This document shows, piece by piece, positions 41,255-58,848 of a stretch of 64,000 nt of DNA; position 1 is the stretch's first letter; every line of letters begins with the position of its first letter. This stretch comes from the human T2T-CHM13v2.0 reference genome, Homo sapiens. The stretch is from assembly GCF_009914755.1 (NCBI RefSeq), contig NC_060934.1; one strand, 5' to 3'. The position numbers and the translations under genes are program-made. The notes under the pieces are model-generated. The model saw nothing but the letters and a program-made list of their open reading frames with translations. It was not told where the DNA came from and did no database searches.

Positions 41255-42370
41255 AAGGCTAAGGTTTTAATCTAGGGTTATGAAACTCAATTTTTTCTGC
41301 AGTGGGCATATGCAATTTCCATAGGATAAACATTTCCCTCAACCAGCTAGGAGGTAAAAACACTTCTGAGAAATTTAAGGACAGTAACATAATGTCTTTA
41401 AAACCAGTGTCTCAAGAAGTATACTATATTAGTGAAACAATAAAATAACAGTGATCACAGATACGTTAAGGCAAGCAGTGGATTAAGCAGGATAACCTAA
41501 CTCCAAGTAATATACATGAAATTATTTTTTTAAGCTTCCATACCTCTTTAAATTTATTCTTGTGATTTCTTACTTTCCCCTCCCTCACCAAAGGAAGTGC
41601 TCACCTTTTCAGATGGAATGAAAGAGGAGAGTGCTGATGTGAGTGACTCAGCCTGTTTAACTCTGCCTCTGTGGTGGTTTGTTGGTTACCTACTAGAGGA
41701 GGTGGAACTCAAACAATGTAAAAGCAATCAGGTTGGAGAAGTGCTGAGTTTTTAGTGTCATGGGAACTCGGTGTATGTCTTTGTCACCATTAGCAGTGTT
41801 TCTGTGCAGTTCTTCCACAATGGCTCAGCTCATCCTGAGCAAGGACAGCATTTCTGTTTTCCTTTTCCATTCAATATTCTCATCCTATCATCTTTTGATT
41901 TGCTAGAATGACTAAATGCTAGAGCAGAAAGTTGGGTTTACTCATCCTCCTGAAGAAGATAGTTAGGCTTACTTGGTATATCTAAGGAAGTAAATTTGGA
42001 AGTCAAGGCCTCCCCAGGGACTTCTAAGAACACTCCACTTTTACGCCCTAGGAAGTTAGAGTGAGCAACTGTTAGCTGCATCGTGACTTCTGTTCTCATT
42101 TGTCTTAATACATGACAAAAAAATTCTAGAAGGTCAGCCTTTTAATATCTAAGGAGGTGGTTGGAAAATGGCAATGGTCAGAGCTCAAATGGAGTTGTGA
42201 TTGGGCATAAGTGCCTTGGATGAGTGGAATGCTTCATTGCCTGAGCTGCACAAATGGGAGGTAGAAAGGGATTTGCAATGAAGTTGATGCATTGTTCGTA
42301 TTCCTTATTTCCACAGCCAACTTTTTAAAGGTGAAAACAGTGTACCTCTTACCTTGCCTTTCTTTTACAG

Positions 42371-42678
42371 TTTTTTTATTTTTATTTTTTTTGAGACAGA
42401 GTTTTTTACTCTTGTTGCCCAGGCTGGAGTGCAATGGCGCAATTCTCAGCTCACCGCAACATCTACCTCCTGGGCTCAAGGGATTCTCCTGCCTCAGCCT
42501 TCCTGAGTATCTGGGATTACAGGCATACGCCACCACGCCCGGCTAATTTTGTATTTTTAGTAGAGATGGGGTTTCTCCATGTTGGTCAGGCTGGTCTCGA
42601 ACTCCCAACCTCAGGTGATCCACCCGCCTCGGCCTCCCAAAGTGCTGGGATTACAGGTGTGAGCCACCGCGTCCAGCC
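42371..42678 (-). mobile_element. AluSp
   Basis: gtttctccatgttggtcagg diagnostic; TSD ttcttttacagttttt. Confidence 0.93.
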
Positions 42679-42732
42679 TTCTTTTACAGTTTTTATTGTC
42701 AGAGTTGAGTTCACTTTCCTAAGGGAAGGTAG

Positions 42733-42972
<240 letters not shown>

Positions 42973-43189
42973 TGATTGCTTAACATTTTAGCTTTAAATT
43001 GGAGATTGCACTAAAAGGAATTTTTTTCTTTCTCCACAACTGTCTGCTTGTTAAATTTCGAATAAAGATTTTCAAAATAGAAGTGTGACAAACCTTACTC
43101 AACATTTAATAATTGGGAGCTATTATTTATTAAAGTACACATTATCAATGAATTAGAAATTCATTGCTTTAAAAATACTTGTTTTTTGA

Positions 43190-43524
<335 letters not shown>

Positions 43525-45988
43525 AGAATGTTTGATTTTTTTTTTAAGTGGACATCAAATTTATTTTCAGTTAAAAATGCTGAAAGTAATACATTTTTAC
43601 TTCATCTGTCATAGTGAATGTTGATAATGATAAAATCTTATTTCTCTAAGCACTTTGCCATAGCTAAATACCTTAGTAAAACATGCGATAGACAAGGGTC
43701 CGGTCACTAGCCACAGAAAGGCTGTCACTGTTATAGCAGAATGTAATAGGGAAGGAACATTTTATGCCTCAATAAGAACAGTGTATTTGCTTGAGATAGT
43801 AATAACCTCTGAGAAGCTGATTAATTGGTAATCACTTAAGTTAGATGATTTTATATTGTTTGATGTCTTATAATCTAAACGTCCCTGTGCTCTTTTAGAG
43901 TGTCTGCCTTGACCAGTCAGCATTTCAGGAGGGATTGTGACTGTCAGTTAAGTGCTTTGAAGAGAGAACCCCTGCTTTGTGTCACACCTGAATGTAACAG
44001 GACATACTTCTTGGGGCTGTTTAATTTGGGCTCAAAGGGAAGAGTGCCATCTACTGAATGGCCAGCATCAAGTTGAGCAGCTCCTGTTTTCCTTACAGAA
44101 CTCAGCCAGTTCCTGGAGAAACCAGGCCCAGCTTCATTTGGAGGATTTGACAGGATCTTAGTACCAAGTGGAATTGTTGCCTGCTTAATTTTAATTATGC
44201 TTCCCAGCAGGAGGCTTAAACACATGATGAAGAACTAATTCAGTACTTGTTGGAATGCATGGGAAAAGAGAAACCTGAAGAAGTTGTTGAGCCTTATGTT
44301 AAAAACAGCCGAGTAGTGGTGAAATTAAATTAAGTGGTAAAGAAAATTATTTTAATGAGAGCAGTCTTTCAATAGCAGGTCTGGTTGGTTATTGATGGCT
44401 CCTGCAGACAATAATGATGTTAAAATCTGCTTGGGCTTAGAATCAGCAAACAAATCATTTGCCTAACTGGAGGTAAGGGTTTTAAGAATACTTGAATACT
44501 TCGATTGTTTTTTTCTCCTGCCCTTTTTGTCTCATTTTGTAAGGCAATGATTCCTACTTGAGTGAATTCACTGTTTCAAAGTAGATTTTGTTGTTGTTTT
44601 GGTGTATGGTAGTGGTTTCCTGGTTTTTGTTTGTTTTTTCTTTCCCTATTTTCCAAAAACTTACTGTGGTAGCAGCCATGGGTAGAACTGGAGGTAGTAG
44701 AACTAGTTACAGGTCAGTGGAGGTTTAAGGTATCTGGAATAGGCTTGTCAAAGCCAGACAAGAAGGAACTTTGAAAATATGAATTGAAAGGAAGCTTTGA
44801 AATTGTTGCTATAAAAATACACTTGATTGTTACATATTTATATATATTATATGTAATTACTTAATTAGTAATCATTTTTGTTAGCCTTTAAAACCTGCCA
44901 AGGATCATTTTAAGCACTTCACATAAATTATCCAAAGTTTAGTGAAGTAACTTGCCCAAGATCGTACCGTTAACAAAGGGCAGAGCCAAGATTTGAGGTC
45001 AGGGCTAATACCCTTAAGCACTATGCTATATACTGCTGATTTATTTATGTTTATTTTTGTTGGTGACTGCACAGAAGAGTTGAACCAAGATTAGAATGAT
45101 ATTTCTGCCTTGGCTGGAAAATACTGATGCTGGGGTTCTTGGTTTCTGTTGTTGTTTTTAAGGAAGTGGTAACATGGGTAAATACGATTGAGAATTCACT
45201 AGAATCAGGACGTATACATGAGATGAACTTCCAAATGTTTTCTATTTGATTTTGTCTATGTTAACTTTTGTTCCTTCTGCTATATTTAAAACCACAAGAA
45301 AAGTTTACTGAAACATGAAGTGAATTGTTTCACCCTGGGGCGTGTGCTTAAAATATACCCTTCATGGGAAGAGTTACTGAAGAGGTTTTGGCTGGGTTTA
45401 TTTTTTGTAGGGGAGTGGGGATTTGTTTTTTGTATGTATAATATATACATATTTAGTTTGCTTCCTTCTAAATATTTTTATGTGGTAGTACTTTTCAATA
45501 TGGCAATAATCATGTCCACAGTACAATAAAATTAAACCATGTGCCATCCTGAGGTCCTAGGGGAAACCAAGTTTTTGTGCATACCAAGTACGTTCTGTAT
45601 ACTGAATAAGTACCATACCTTACGTGTATGTACTAAAACTTCATTGAATCCATGTATTTTTTAAATTAAGAGATATTTAATACCTGACTACTATTATGAG
45701 TAATGGTCTTGTTTGTTAACACATTTTGAGCATAAAAGGTATCTTGTTTAAAAAGGTTGGGGATCATTGTTTTGGTATAACCAAAAGCTTCTAAAATTGC
45801 AGTTAAATGATGGTTTTGCTGTGTATTCTTAACCCAGTCACCCTTAGGGCTTCTGGTCCTTCTCCTTTATCTGTAAGGAATTATACTTTAATATGTGTCT
45901 TCCAGAAAATCCCCATAAGCTATGAGATACATCACTCCTTGAGACTCAGACTTTCCCAGTCAAACATAGGAATGGTCAGCAATAACTA

Positions 45989-46414
<426 letters not shown>

Positions 46415-47188
46415 TCAGAAAAGCCCTCATGGGAAAGAAGAACAAGGGTGGACCTTGAAGGAGGAGTTAAGATTTCATTAAGTGGAGAAGATGGAAAGGA
46501 TTTTGGCCAGAAATTACTGTCCGTGAAAATGATTCTTTTTCTATAGCATGATGGGAGATAGTTTATAATAGTGGTTCACAATATCTTGCCACTATAAGGC
46601 ATTTAACAGCTACAGCAAAGACTTATTTGTAGCAGTGCCAAGGACTGGCCTCCCTAGGAAATACATTAGAATATGGCAGGAGTGAAGGGAGGGGATGGAG
46701 TGGCAGTGGTGGTCACATGTAGACTTTTAACAGTGCTCCCTCTTAACTCCATATGAAAATTCCTGCTTTTATAGGAATATCCTTATACATCTGTTTTGAA
46801 GGCAGTAATGCTTAGGAAAGTTAGTATTAATAGAAAGACTTTAGGAATCCTCATCATTCCCAGCGCTGGACAAGGAAAGCCTCATTTTGGGGAAGAGATG
46901 TACGATTTTAAAAATCTGTATTTGTCCATCATTTACTTTGTTTGCCTAATGCTAGAGCATATTCTGTCAATGTCTGTTATATAACTTTTAAATCTAATAT
47001 GTGGATGATGGATGGATGGAGTTGATACGAGATATGACCATTTCACTTAAAATTTTTGTAAAATAACATTGTCCGTTTTCAGATTTTAGATTTGTTCCAA
47101 AGTGTCTCAGTTCTCTCACTCAGACTTGTCATGTTTATCCCTTACTATTTGAAAAATTCTTACTGTAACTCTATTCAAGACATTTTGA

Positions 47189-47504
<316 letters not shown>

Positions 47505-48019
47505 AGTTTTCTTTTATATAAAATATGTGAGCCATTGGGATAAAGCATTTTTTTAAGATTCATCTGTGCTTGAAGGTGCTGTGATTATGCTTCTGAAGAA
47601 GCTGAATTCACCAGTTTGTAGGTTTACTTGGAGAGTGGCCAAGAAACCTATGATTGTACTGTGTGAAGATTCTGGGAATGGGGCTAATAGAAGATGAAGA
47701 CCATGAAGGTCCTTGGCTCTATGTATATGTGGCACTTAAGAGAAGGACATCATTACCCCAGGAGCTTGTCAACTCCCAGAGTTTGTTGTCAGCTCTTCGG
47801 AAGCTAGAGCCTTTGGCAAAGGACAGATTCTTTCCAAAATACGTGAAATGAGCAAGGATAGCAACTTTTCCTAAAGCAAACTGTAGAAACATTGTGGTAT
47901 CTTTTCCCATAAATGCTTTCCACTCTCATCTGAACTTTATTAGATGTAGTAATATTAGTTCCTCATACATATTTGTGACCTGTTTAGCCCTTATTTTTTT
48001 GAGCAGCTCGGTGCATCCT

Positions 48020-48880
48020 TTATTCATTTATTCATTCAACAAATATTTATTGAGCAATTATTATGTGTCAGGTTCCATTCTAAGTGCTGAGAATTTGGCA
48101 GTAAGCAAAACAGACAAGTCCTCCTGCCCTAATGCAGTTTATATTCTTGGAAGTCAATAGAAATAAAGTATGTGTTACGTTAGTGATAAATGTTATGGAG
48201 CAATATAGAGCAGGGAAGGGAAACTAAGGGAGTGTTTGGGCGTAATTGCAGACCTAAATAGAGCAGCCAGGAAAAGTCCTCACAGAGAAGGTGACCTTGA
48301 AGATGATGAGAGAGCATGCATGTGGATGTCTGCGGGGAAGAACATTGCAGGCAGAGGAAACAAGCCAAAGGCCCCGAGGCCCAAGCATAACTGGCATGGA
48401 TGAAGCAGAACGTGGTGGGGATAATGGGAAGCCACTGGATAACTTCAAACAGAGGTGTGGCACCGTCTGACAGATGTTTAAAGGGTTTATTTTGGCTGTG
48501 TTTTGAGACTAGACCATAGTGAGCAAGTGTAGATGCAGGGAAACTACTTAGGAGGTCAATGCAATACTCTTGGTGAGAGATGATGTATCTGGTAGAGGTA
48601 GTGAGAATTGATTGGATTCTGGATATATTTTAAAGATAGAATCAATAGGATTTTCTTACTGAAATATGGGGGTATATGTTGAGAGAGAGGAGTCAAACTT
48701 GACACCAAGGTTTTGGGCCTAGGCAAAAGTCTAAGAAGGAGCAGTTTGGAGAATGGGAGAGAATAAGAGTTCAGTTTGAGACATTCATTTGAAATGTCTG
48801 TTAGACATCTATTTGCAAGTTGCTATGAGGAGAGATCAGTGCATAATTATAGGCCGACTATATAAACTTGTGAGTTGTCA
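48020..48880 (-). mobile_element. L2 3' region
   Basis: attcattcaacaaatatttattgagc...gagaaggtgac...tggattctggatatattttaaag...gaaatgtctgttagacatc. Confidence 0.85.
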
Positions 48881-49134
48881 TTTTCCTCCTCCATTTTTTA
48901 AATGGTTGCATATTTAATCCCTTTGATGACTAGAATAAGCTTTGCTCTAATATGGGTTTGAAGTATTTCTATACATCTTTATGCTTTGAAGGGATTTAAT
49001 GTATCTTATAAAACCTTGAATTTATTTTAACTGCTAAGGACACTTGGTCCTGAAGGAAACCATTTTCTCTAGGGATTGAACAACTTTATTTTAATCAAAA
49101 TGTGAAAATAAAAATAGTGTTGTTACTGCCCTTT

Positions 49135-49750
49135 AAAAATGGAACAGTCTGGCTGTTCCTCAGAGTTAACGTGGTTAAAAATGGTAACGGTTTACGATCC
49201 AGCACTTCTCATAGGTATATACCCAAGAGAATTGAAAATGTGTTCCCACAAAAAAATTGTACACTAGTGACCATAGCAACATTATTCATAATAGCCCAAA
49301 AATGGAAACAACCCATATGCCTATCAACTGATAAATGGATAAACAAATGCGGTATCCATGCAGTGGGATATTATGCAGTCATAAAAAGGAATGAATTACT
49401 GATGCATTTTATATTATAAATGAACCTTGAAAACATGCTAAGTAAAAAAGCCAGATACACAAGGCCACATATTATATGGTTCCACTTACATGAAATGTCT
49501 AGAATAGACATTTATAGAGACAGAAGGGAGATTAGTGGTTGTCAGGAGCTGCAGGGAGGGGGAAATGGGGAGTGGCAGCTTAATGGGTACTGGGTTTCCT
49601 TTTGAAAAGGAAAGATGATGAAAAAGTTCTGGAGCTAGATAGTGGTGATGGTTGTGCAACATTGCGAATATACTGAAAACCACTGAAATGTACAATTATT
49701 AGTAAATTTTATGGTATATGAATTATGTCTCAAGTTTTTAAAAATACCAG
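49135..49750 (+). mobile_element. L1MB-like 3' end
   Basis: aatggaaacaaccc...atgaaccttgaaaacatgctaagt...gttctggagctagatagtggtgatggttgtgcaac. Confidence 0.88.
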
Positions 49751-51029
49751 GAAAAAAAATCTGTGCGTGCAAATTCAGATGTATGGAAGAATAACTAAAA
49801 TAACTTATGTGGACCTTATTTCTAAAACAGAACTGTTTTCCCAGTAGAAAGTTGGATGAAACAAGAATTACCGCACTCAACCTGGTTTAGCCTGCTTTGC
49901 TTAAAGAGGCTAGGTTAAGATGCTTTTCTTGTCCAGGTAGAAATCAGGAGGTGGTTTGTGATACTTGATAACTCAGGGGTGAGTCTAATTTTTTTTTTAA
50001 CACTTGATTTTGTCAGGGATGATCTAGAGAAGCTGAAGAAGCCTCTATGATGATCCTTTCCATGGGTTTCAGAGAGTTGGAACTGTCTTATGAATAAGTT
50101 TATTAGGTCTTAAGCAATAAAGATGGTCTACTTTTTTCTCCATATCTATAATTTTAAAATATGGAATAACCAATTCCCAATAATTTTTTTTAGCCAACCC
50201 AAAGTTATATTTACCTTCATAAAAAAAACAGAACCATCAAAGAGGATGATACTGGGTTGGCTAAAATATTTCTAAATTACCTTTCATATACCACTTATCG
50301 TAAAGTTATTTTTTTGAGGTATAATTCACATACCATAAAATTCACCTCCTAATTTTATTTCAAATATATATATTTATGTAATTTTCTTTATTAGAATGAA
50401 AACTTCTAGAAAACAGTGGTCCATATTATTTGAATGGCTGCATAGTCATAGCTTGATAAGTTTTCAGTATTTTAAAGGAAGCATATGTGAACCAGACAAA
50501 AACCTTAGTGGTGAAGATAGACATTTATGTAAGTAACAGACTCCAACACAAACCTGCGAGCTATACTATAGCAACAATTCAAAGGAAGTACAGGTGGGCA
50601 CAGAGAAGGGAAATATCTCATTGGGGAGAAACAATTCAGGGAGGAGAGTGGCATTTGACTTGAGCTTTAGAGAATCCAGTAGCATTTCAAGCTGTTGGGG
50701 AGGAGGGTGAATTATAGGCCATAATACTAGAATATGCAAAGCCACGTAAGTCTGTGGGATGGTTATGATATGGGAGAGGAAGTAGGAATAGTGAGGTTGA
50801 GAGGACCAGATCATGCAGGCCCTGGGTGCTACTTTAAGAAATTTAGATTTTATTCTGTGGCACCTCTTTCAGTTGAGAAGAGGCATAATCAAATGTCTCT
50901 GAGATTTGGTTGTGTGAAGAAAGTCACGATGGAGAGAGAGTGTGTTGGCAAAGAGGTTAGGAGGCATTTAGAGATAAGCAAATGAACTAAGACCATGGCT
51001 TTGAGATTTGAAAGAGAATGGTATTTGGT

Positions 51030-51315
51030 GTGTGATGGTATTTGGAGGTGGGCCTTTGGGAAGTGATTATAAGGGATTAGTGCCCTTATAAAAGAGACCT
51101 CAGAGAGCTCCCTCACTCCTTCCTCCATGTGATGACAAGCAAGATGACAACTATCTGTGAACAAGGAAGCTGGCCTTTACCAGACACTGAGTCTGCCAGT
51201 GTCTTGATCTTAGACTTCCCAGGCTTCAGAACTGAGAGAAATAAATGTTTGTTGCTATATTATAAGCTACCCAGCCTATAGTATTCTATTATAGCAGCCT
51301 GAACAGACTAAGACA
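51030..51315 (+). mobile_element. MLT1A-like MaLR LTR (partial), within an L2 remnant
   Basis: ggtatttggaggtgggcctttggga...gggattagtgcccttataaaagagac...atagcagcctgaacagactaagaca. Confidence 0.85.
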
Positions 51316-51739
51316 GGAAGGAATGGGACATTTTGGAGGCAGAAATCTGTGCAACTTGCTGAACAATGGAGAGGCTGAAGAAATATATAGTCACTGAGGG
51401 TCGAAATCTAAATGTGGCATTTGACTCCATTTCCAATACTCTGATTTATGACAGAGGAAAGAGAACACTTGTACTACTTAGAAATGAAGTAGATTCAGCA
51501 AGTCTTGAAGGTATATTTTTCTTCCCAAACATAAACATTTTAGAAACTTGACTAGTTCTTAATCTGCTTTACTGCTCAAGTGTTACCCAATCGTCCAGTC
51601 TTTAAATTTGTTTTCATTTATGAATTTGGAAGTGGTTGAATAGTCACCATTTTGGCTAAAGAATAGTCTTTTTGTTTACAAATGAAGGTGCTTCCCCTAT
51701 GCTGTGTTTTTGCATTTAATTTTAAACTTTTGTGCATTG

Positions 51740-52033
51740 CATTATCCCAAGCAAATTAACACAGGAACAGAAAACCAAATACCACATGTTCTCACTTAAA
51801 GTGGGAGGTAAACATTGGGTACACGTGGACATAAAGACAGAACAGTCGACACTGGGGACTACTAGAGGCAGAAGAGAGGGAGGGGATAAGGGCTGAAAAA
51901 CTGTCCAGCACAATGCTTACTTCCTGGGTGATAGGATCAATTGTACCCCAAACCTCAGCATCACACAATATACCCGTGTAATAAGCCTGCAGAGGTACAC
52001 CCTGAATCTAAAATAAAAGTTGAAATTATAAAC
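51740..52033 (+). mobile_element. 5'-truncated L1PA (L1PA15/16-like) 3' end
   Basis: caggaacagaaaaccaaataccacatgttctcactt...ccaaacctcagcatcacacaatataccc...ctaaaataaaagttg; TSD aacttttgtgca. Confidence 0.88.
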
Positions 52034-52775
52034 AGAACTTTTGTGCAATGGAATAACAAAAGAATTGAAGGCATTGGGCTTTGCAATATCAGGTATTGCA
52101 TGTTGTCATTACAGGAAGTCATTGTGCCATCTTGGTTTCCCCTTAATAACATATGGTGGTTTATCTTGAAACTTCAAAAGTAAACATAGCGTAAGCACCT
52201 ATAATAAATTATTGCCAAAAAAAATCACATGCAGAATTATTTTTGCTATGTGAATTTAGTGGAGAATCCAATCCAGTAAGACTTTTTGCACATTTGAATG
52301 GTGAAACAAGATGATTTGGCTCCTCTAGTAGCTTTGTTGCATGCACAGTTGACCATTTTTGTTTGTAGCTCCTTGTAATAAGATATTTAACACAGGGCTT
52401 TATATTGGGACATAGTGATTTTATAAATGGGTGGGAGAAAACACTGAATTTGACAGAACTAACTTCTAGATTATTTCAATGTAAAATTTTCATGCTTAAA
52501 ATTTTTAAGTGTTAGATGTTTAAAATAACTTACTCAAAAGTAATTCTTAGTAAAATGAAAATCAGTGAAAAGCACTCAGTTTTTTAAAAGCAAGAATGAT
52601 TTTATTGGTTTCAAAGTTAAACTTACTATTTGAATCAAATTTTTATAAAATCCATTTATTTTTTAAATACTTGAAATTTTGAGTAAGAAATATAAGGACA
52701 TGGAACAAAATAAGGCACAAAAGCGTATACAGTGAAAAGTAAGTTGTCACCCCCAAACCACTCAAGTTTCCTCCT

Positions 52776-53045
52776 CTTTTCTTTTTTTTTTTTTTGGAGA
52801 CAGAGTCTCACTCCATCACCCAGGCAGGAGTGCATTGGGTTCAAGTGGGTTCTTGTGCCTCAGCCTCCTGAATAGCTGGAGTTACAGGCGTGCGCCACCA
52901 TGCCTGGCTAATTTTTTTGTATTTTTAATAGCGTCGGGGTTTTGCCATGTTGGCCAGGCTGCTCTTAAACTCCTGGCCTCAAGTGATCCACCCACCTCGG
53001 CCTCCCAAAGTGCTGGGATTACAGGTGTGAGCCACCGCACCTGGC
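52776..53045 (-). mobile_element. AluS with internal deletion
   Basis: ggagtgcatt joins gggttcaag. Confidence 0.9.
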
Positions 53046-54130
53046 TGTCATTTTATTAAAACGTTTCCTTTCCTAGCGTCCGTTCCACTAAGGCAGAGGT
53101 ATAGAAAGTGGGAGGTGGTAGCTATAATAATCTTTCACTCATACTATAGTATAAATAATACTTTTTAAATTTAATAATACTAATTTAATTTAATATTTTT
53201 TTAATTTTAGTTCGATATTTGTGGGAGAGATGGGAATCTTCAGAGTGGTGGTAGCCAACTTCTGCCTCCATGGTTCAATTAAAAGCAAGTCCCCTAGTTA
53301 ATAGAAGTAAGGGGTCTCTAGGCTTGCAAGTTTCTTCAGATGCTAAAATTATGCCTTTGTGTAAAATCAGACTTTCTGTTATATGAGTAGACGTAGGAAT
53401 TCTCTGTATACTTTAAAGGAGAAGCAAATAGAAATAAAGAGAGAGGGTGATAAAATCTAGATTCATAGAATTGTGGAAACCTTACTTCATTTTAAGAGTG
53501 AAGAACCCAGTCTGATTAAAGGAAGTTCCGTGTTTAAGGCAACATGTTGCTTGTGGCAGATCTAGACTCAAAACTGAGATTCCTGCCTCTGTCCAGTGCT
53601 TTTTTCACTTCATTACATTACGAGCCATCTTAACTCCATTCATGCAATTCTGGGGTAAGGGGTTTTGTCAGAATTCCACCTGACCTTCCCTAGAGCAGGG
53701 TTTGGACAGGATGAGAGACCCCAATCTCTCAGATTTGAGGCTTCTTTTCAAGATATCTGTTTTTCCCTTTTCCTTAAAAAAGAAAAAAAAAATTTCATCG
53801 AATTTGGGAAAGTTTTGTGAAGTTTTTTCCAAAATCTGTAATGTGTCAGGATCTTTCTTGTTTTCTTAATAGAAGCCACACTGATATTATGTATATTGTT
53901 CCAATTTTAGTGTGCTCACCGCTGAAGCAAGTCATGTACATGGTAAATGTTTCTGACATGTTTAGGAACATTATATAGAAAATTCAGAATGGATGTATTT
54001 GGCTGCCTTGACATTCCTTTTTCTTTTGGAAAGGAATGTATTTAAATGAGAAACAGTTCCACCCCTCCAATGAAAAGGAATAGTTTTAGGTCATTTGAGT
54101 GAAATAGATTATAGAACTTATGACCCCAGT

Positions 54131-54434
<304 letters not shown>

Positions 54435-55242
54435 GATTGTACTTTTAAGTCAGTTTTAATAGGACCCAGGTACAAGGTCAAGGTACTTGAGAATTTTTGG
54501 ATTTAATGTTTTACATTGGTTTAAACTGGTTGGAGTCTGGCTGTGTTTCCTGGTGACAATATTCATATTAAAAATCTTATAGGTCAGTTTTTATAAAAAC
54601 TATGTAATATTTCTTTTAAGTTAATGATTGATTTTTTTTTTTTTTAACTTCTGGTGCCTTTGCCTGAGATTTTGGTTTGTAGAGAATAATATGTCAGTTA
54701 AGCAGAAATTTCAGTGACCTGAAAGTTTGGGTTCTTCATTTTAATGAGGGCCAAATGATTAAGAATACCATTGGATTTCAGTAATGTATTCGAAGTAGTA
54801 TCTTCTGGCTGGGTCCCAAAATCATCAGATGCTAACTATACCTTTTCTAGTCTTCTGTACTTAGAATCAATATTTAGAATGAAGATCCTAATATCTTGCA
54901 TAATTCTTAAACAGTAAAGATAAATATGTTCATGAAAGTATATGAAACCAAAAATTGGAAAGATGGCTTTTAAGATGGGGGAATGAGGTAGAAGACTACA
55001 TTAGTTTGGCTTATTACTGTAAGAATTTGTTTGCCATTTCTGATGAGAGTAATAATGTGGGTTCCTCCCAAAATGTTTGTCTTTTAAGAGAAAATCTAGT
55101 GAGCTATCAAGAGTTGTAATCATAAGGATTAGGCCTTCTGTTCAGTGATGCCTTTTGTACAGGTTGAGTAGCTAGAACTACCTGCATGGTATAATTTGAA
55201 GTTTCATAGGAAGGCCCTGAAATAGTACTGTTCTCTCCACCC

Positions 55243-55503
55243 CAAAATGTGAGCCATATATGTAATTTAAAATGTTGTAGAAGCCACATTAAAAAATTTT
55301 TAAAGAAACGGGCGGGAAATTAGTTTCAATATATTTGATTTAACCTAATATATTTAAAATATAATTTCAACATGTAATCAGCATAAAAAATTTTTACTCA
55401 GTCCTGTCTATATTTTACACTTAGCACATCTTAATTCAGGCTAGCCACAGTTCAAGTTTTCAGTAGTCACATGTGACTAGTGGCTATCAAATTGGATAGC
55501 ATA
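55243..55503. mobile_element. MER33 hAT-Charlie element
   Basis: aatgtgagccatatatgtaattt...ttcaacatgtaatca...gctagccacagttcaag...atgtgactagtggcta. Confidence 0.8.
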
Positions 55504-56112
55504 TCCCTGGAACATCTTTCTCTTTTATCCCACCTCAGGTGAGAATTCCTCCACTAGCAGTTTTTCTAGGGGGACTAAAGTCTTGCCATTTCTTTGTATG
55601 CTCCCTCTATAATTGAAAGGAAAATGAGACACTTCAGAGAGAAAAAAAACACATTAAACCATTCCTGGGGCATGTTTTAACCATTTGTGCTTTATGTGAT
55701 AACCAAAAGCTAGTACTACTGAAAAAGTGCAACTGTTACTGAATGAAAACTTCAGAGGGCAGGTTCAGTTGGTTATGCTTAAGTGAGAGGAGAGCTTGGG
55801 TAGAAAAGGTTGCGGGGGGAAGAAAAGTTGGGACAGGTTTTGACTTCAGATCTTAGAGTCCTGTTGGCCTTGAACAAGTTAGCTACCTTCTCTGAGCCTT
55901 TTTATTTGCTTCATACATAGAATTGGGGTTAAATACCTCTCAAGTTGCTATGAGGGTTATATGAGATGACATACGTAAAGTGTGTAATATGGATAATATT
56001 TGGTACATAGTAGGTGCTTAGTAAATATGTATTGAATAAATGCTTGCTGATTATTTACATCCCTGACCCCCATCTCCCCTTATGAGACAGGAAAAGAGAG
56101 GAGAAAAGCCTA

Positions 56113-56466
<354 letters not shown>

Positions 56467-56611
56467 TTAGTGTTTGACCTGAGCAAATGAGTCTCTAAGC
56501 ATTGTGGTTGAGATTTTAATTCAGTACTTTTATCTGAAAAGTTCAGAAAATAATGATGTAGAATCATTCATACTCTGCATTGTTTAAATAGAAAGAAATG
56601 AGTTTTGCTAA

Positions 56612-57139
<528 letters not shown>

Positions 57140-57896
57140 TGATGATTATAAACTTGTAGTAATTGGAACTAAGGAAAACATCTCTAAATGGAAGAAAACA
57201 GCCACTTGGTGACTATACTTCTTGTTATAATGCAAATGGCATATTGTTCTTCTTCCGGCATTAACATTAATTTGTACTTTCTATGACATTAGCTGTATAA
57301 CAATGTGTTCTGAATCTGTTAAGGAGAAGTCCTCCTATACGTATCATATTTCTGATTTGCTATATATTTTGAGATATTTATTTGAAAATTTGAAATACTG
57401 AAAAGTGGGAAAGCATGGAGAGTTCTGAATAGATGATTAGATAAGGGCTTTCCAAAGCTTTAAGCTCACCAATGTGTAGGCCTCATCTGTGGTAATGTTC
57501 TTGGAAATCAGTCACATTTGAAAAATCCAGTTTTCTTGCCAGTAGCATCTGGTTGCACTTTATTTACTTTGAAAGTATTTTTTGAATTGCAAAAAAGCAA
57601 ACCATATGACAAGACTTTTCTTACCTGATTGAAAGTTGCTTACGGTTTAGTTGAATTTTTAACAAACTTAACTAAAGGTATGATTGTCCAAATGCATGGA
57701 ATATCCTGACAAATCAGATATAAAGAATTTTTAAAGTTATTATTGGCCTTTAAAAATTGCCCAGACTCGTACTTTATTTACTTTATTTTAGTAACACTCT
57801 TAAGGAGTCTTATTTATTAAAAGTTCTTTCAGGTTTGTGGAATTTTGATGATAGCTGACCTGACTGGAATGTACTCTACTAAAAGAAAGTGATGAT

Positions 57897-58194
<298 letters not shown>

Positions 58195-58469
58195 GAAAGT
58201 GGTGATTATTATGTGATTGGCATTTCTCCACCAATTTCTGAAACCTTCTGACAGCTGTTACTAGTTATATACTTGTGTATATGTTTGACAAACTGACTGT
58301 GAGCTTTTAATATACAGGTGTTTTATAGTAATCTAAGCAACTGGATTCCCTTGGTAACCTAGAGATTTGTGAGATGATTTTAGGTGGCATGGATCTAGGC
58401 TAACCTGTGAAATGGGTATTAGGGTAGATTCTTTGGAATGGGCCCAGGCTTGGTGCCAGAATTATAGAG

Positions 58470-58635
58470 TTCCACTGACATTATGGTAACCACTAGCTGT
58501 GTGTGGCTGTTTATCGCTTGAAATGTGGCTAGTCCTAATTGAGATGTGCTGCAATTATAAAAATATACAGATTTCAAAGACCTAGTACAAGAAAAAGAAC
58601 ATAAAATAACTTTTTTTAATATATTGATTACATTG
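58470..58635. mobile_element. MER33 fragment, opposite orientation to the copy at 55243
   Basis: cttgaaatgtggctagtcctaattgagatgtgctg...gatttcaaagacctagta. Confidence 0.75.
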
Positions 58636-58848
58636 GCTACAGCTATTCCAGCTGACTTGGCTCGTCCAATTTGTATTACAGTGCTGTTTTGAGAGCTATT
58701 GCCTACAAGCAACCTCTACTCCTTCTCTAACTCTCCCATTGATGAAGTTTAAAAAACGAAACCAAACCACTTGCTCCACCCACTATCTTTAATGGTTGGT
58801 GACTCCTGACCAGCTTCTTGAAAACAGGTGATAAAAATAAATTTGTAA

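Noticed and set aside
47540-47860. Unique, coding-looking stretch as a possible processed pseudogene
   Set aside because: No recognisable protein similarity, polyA tail or TSD
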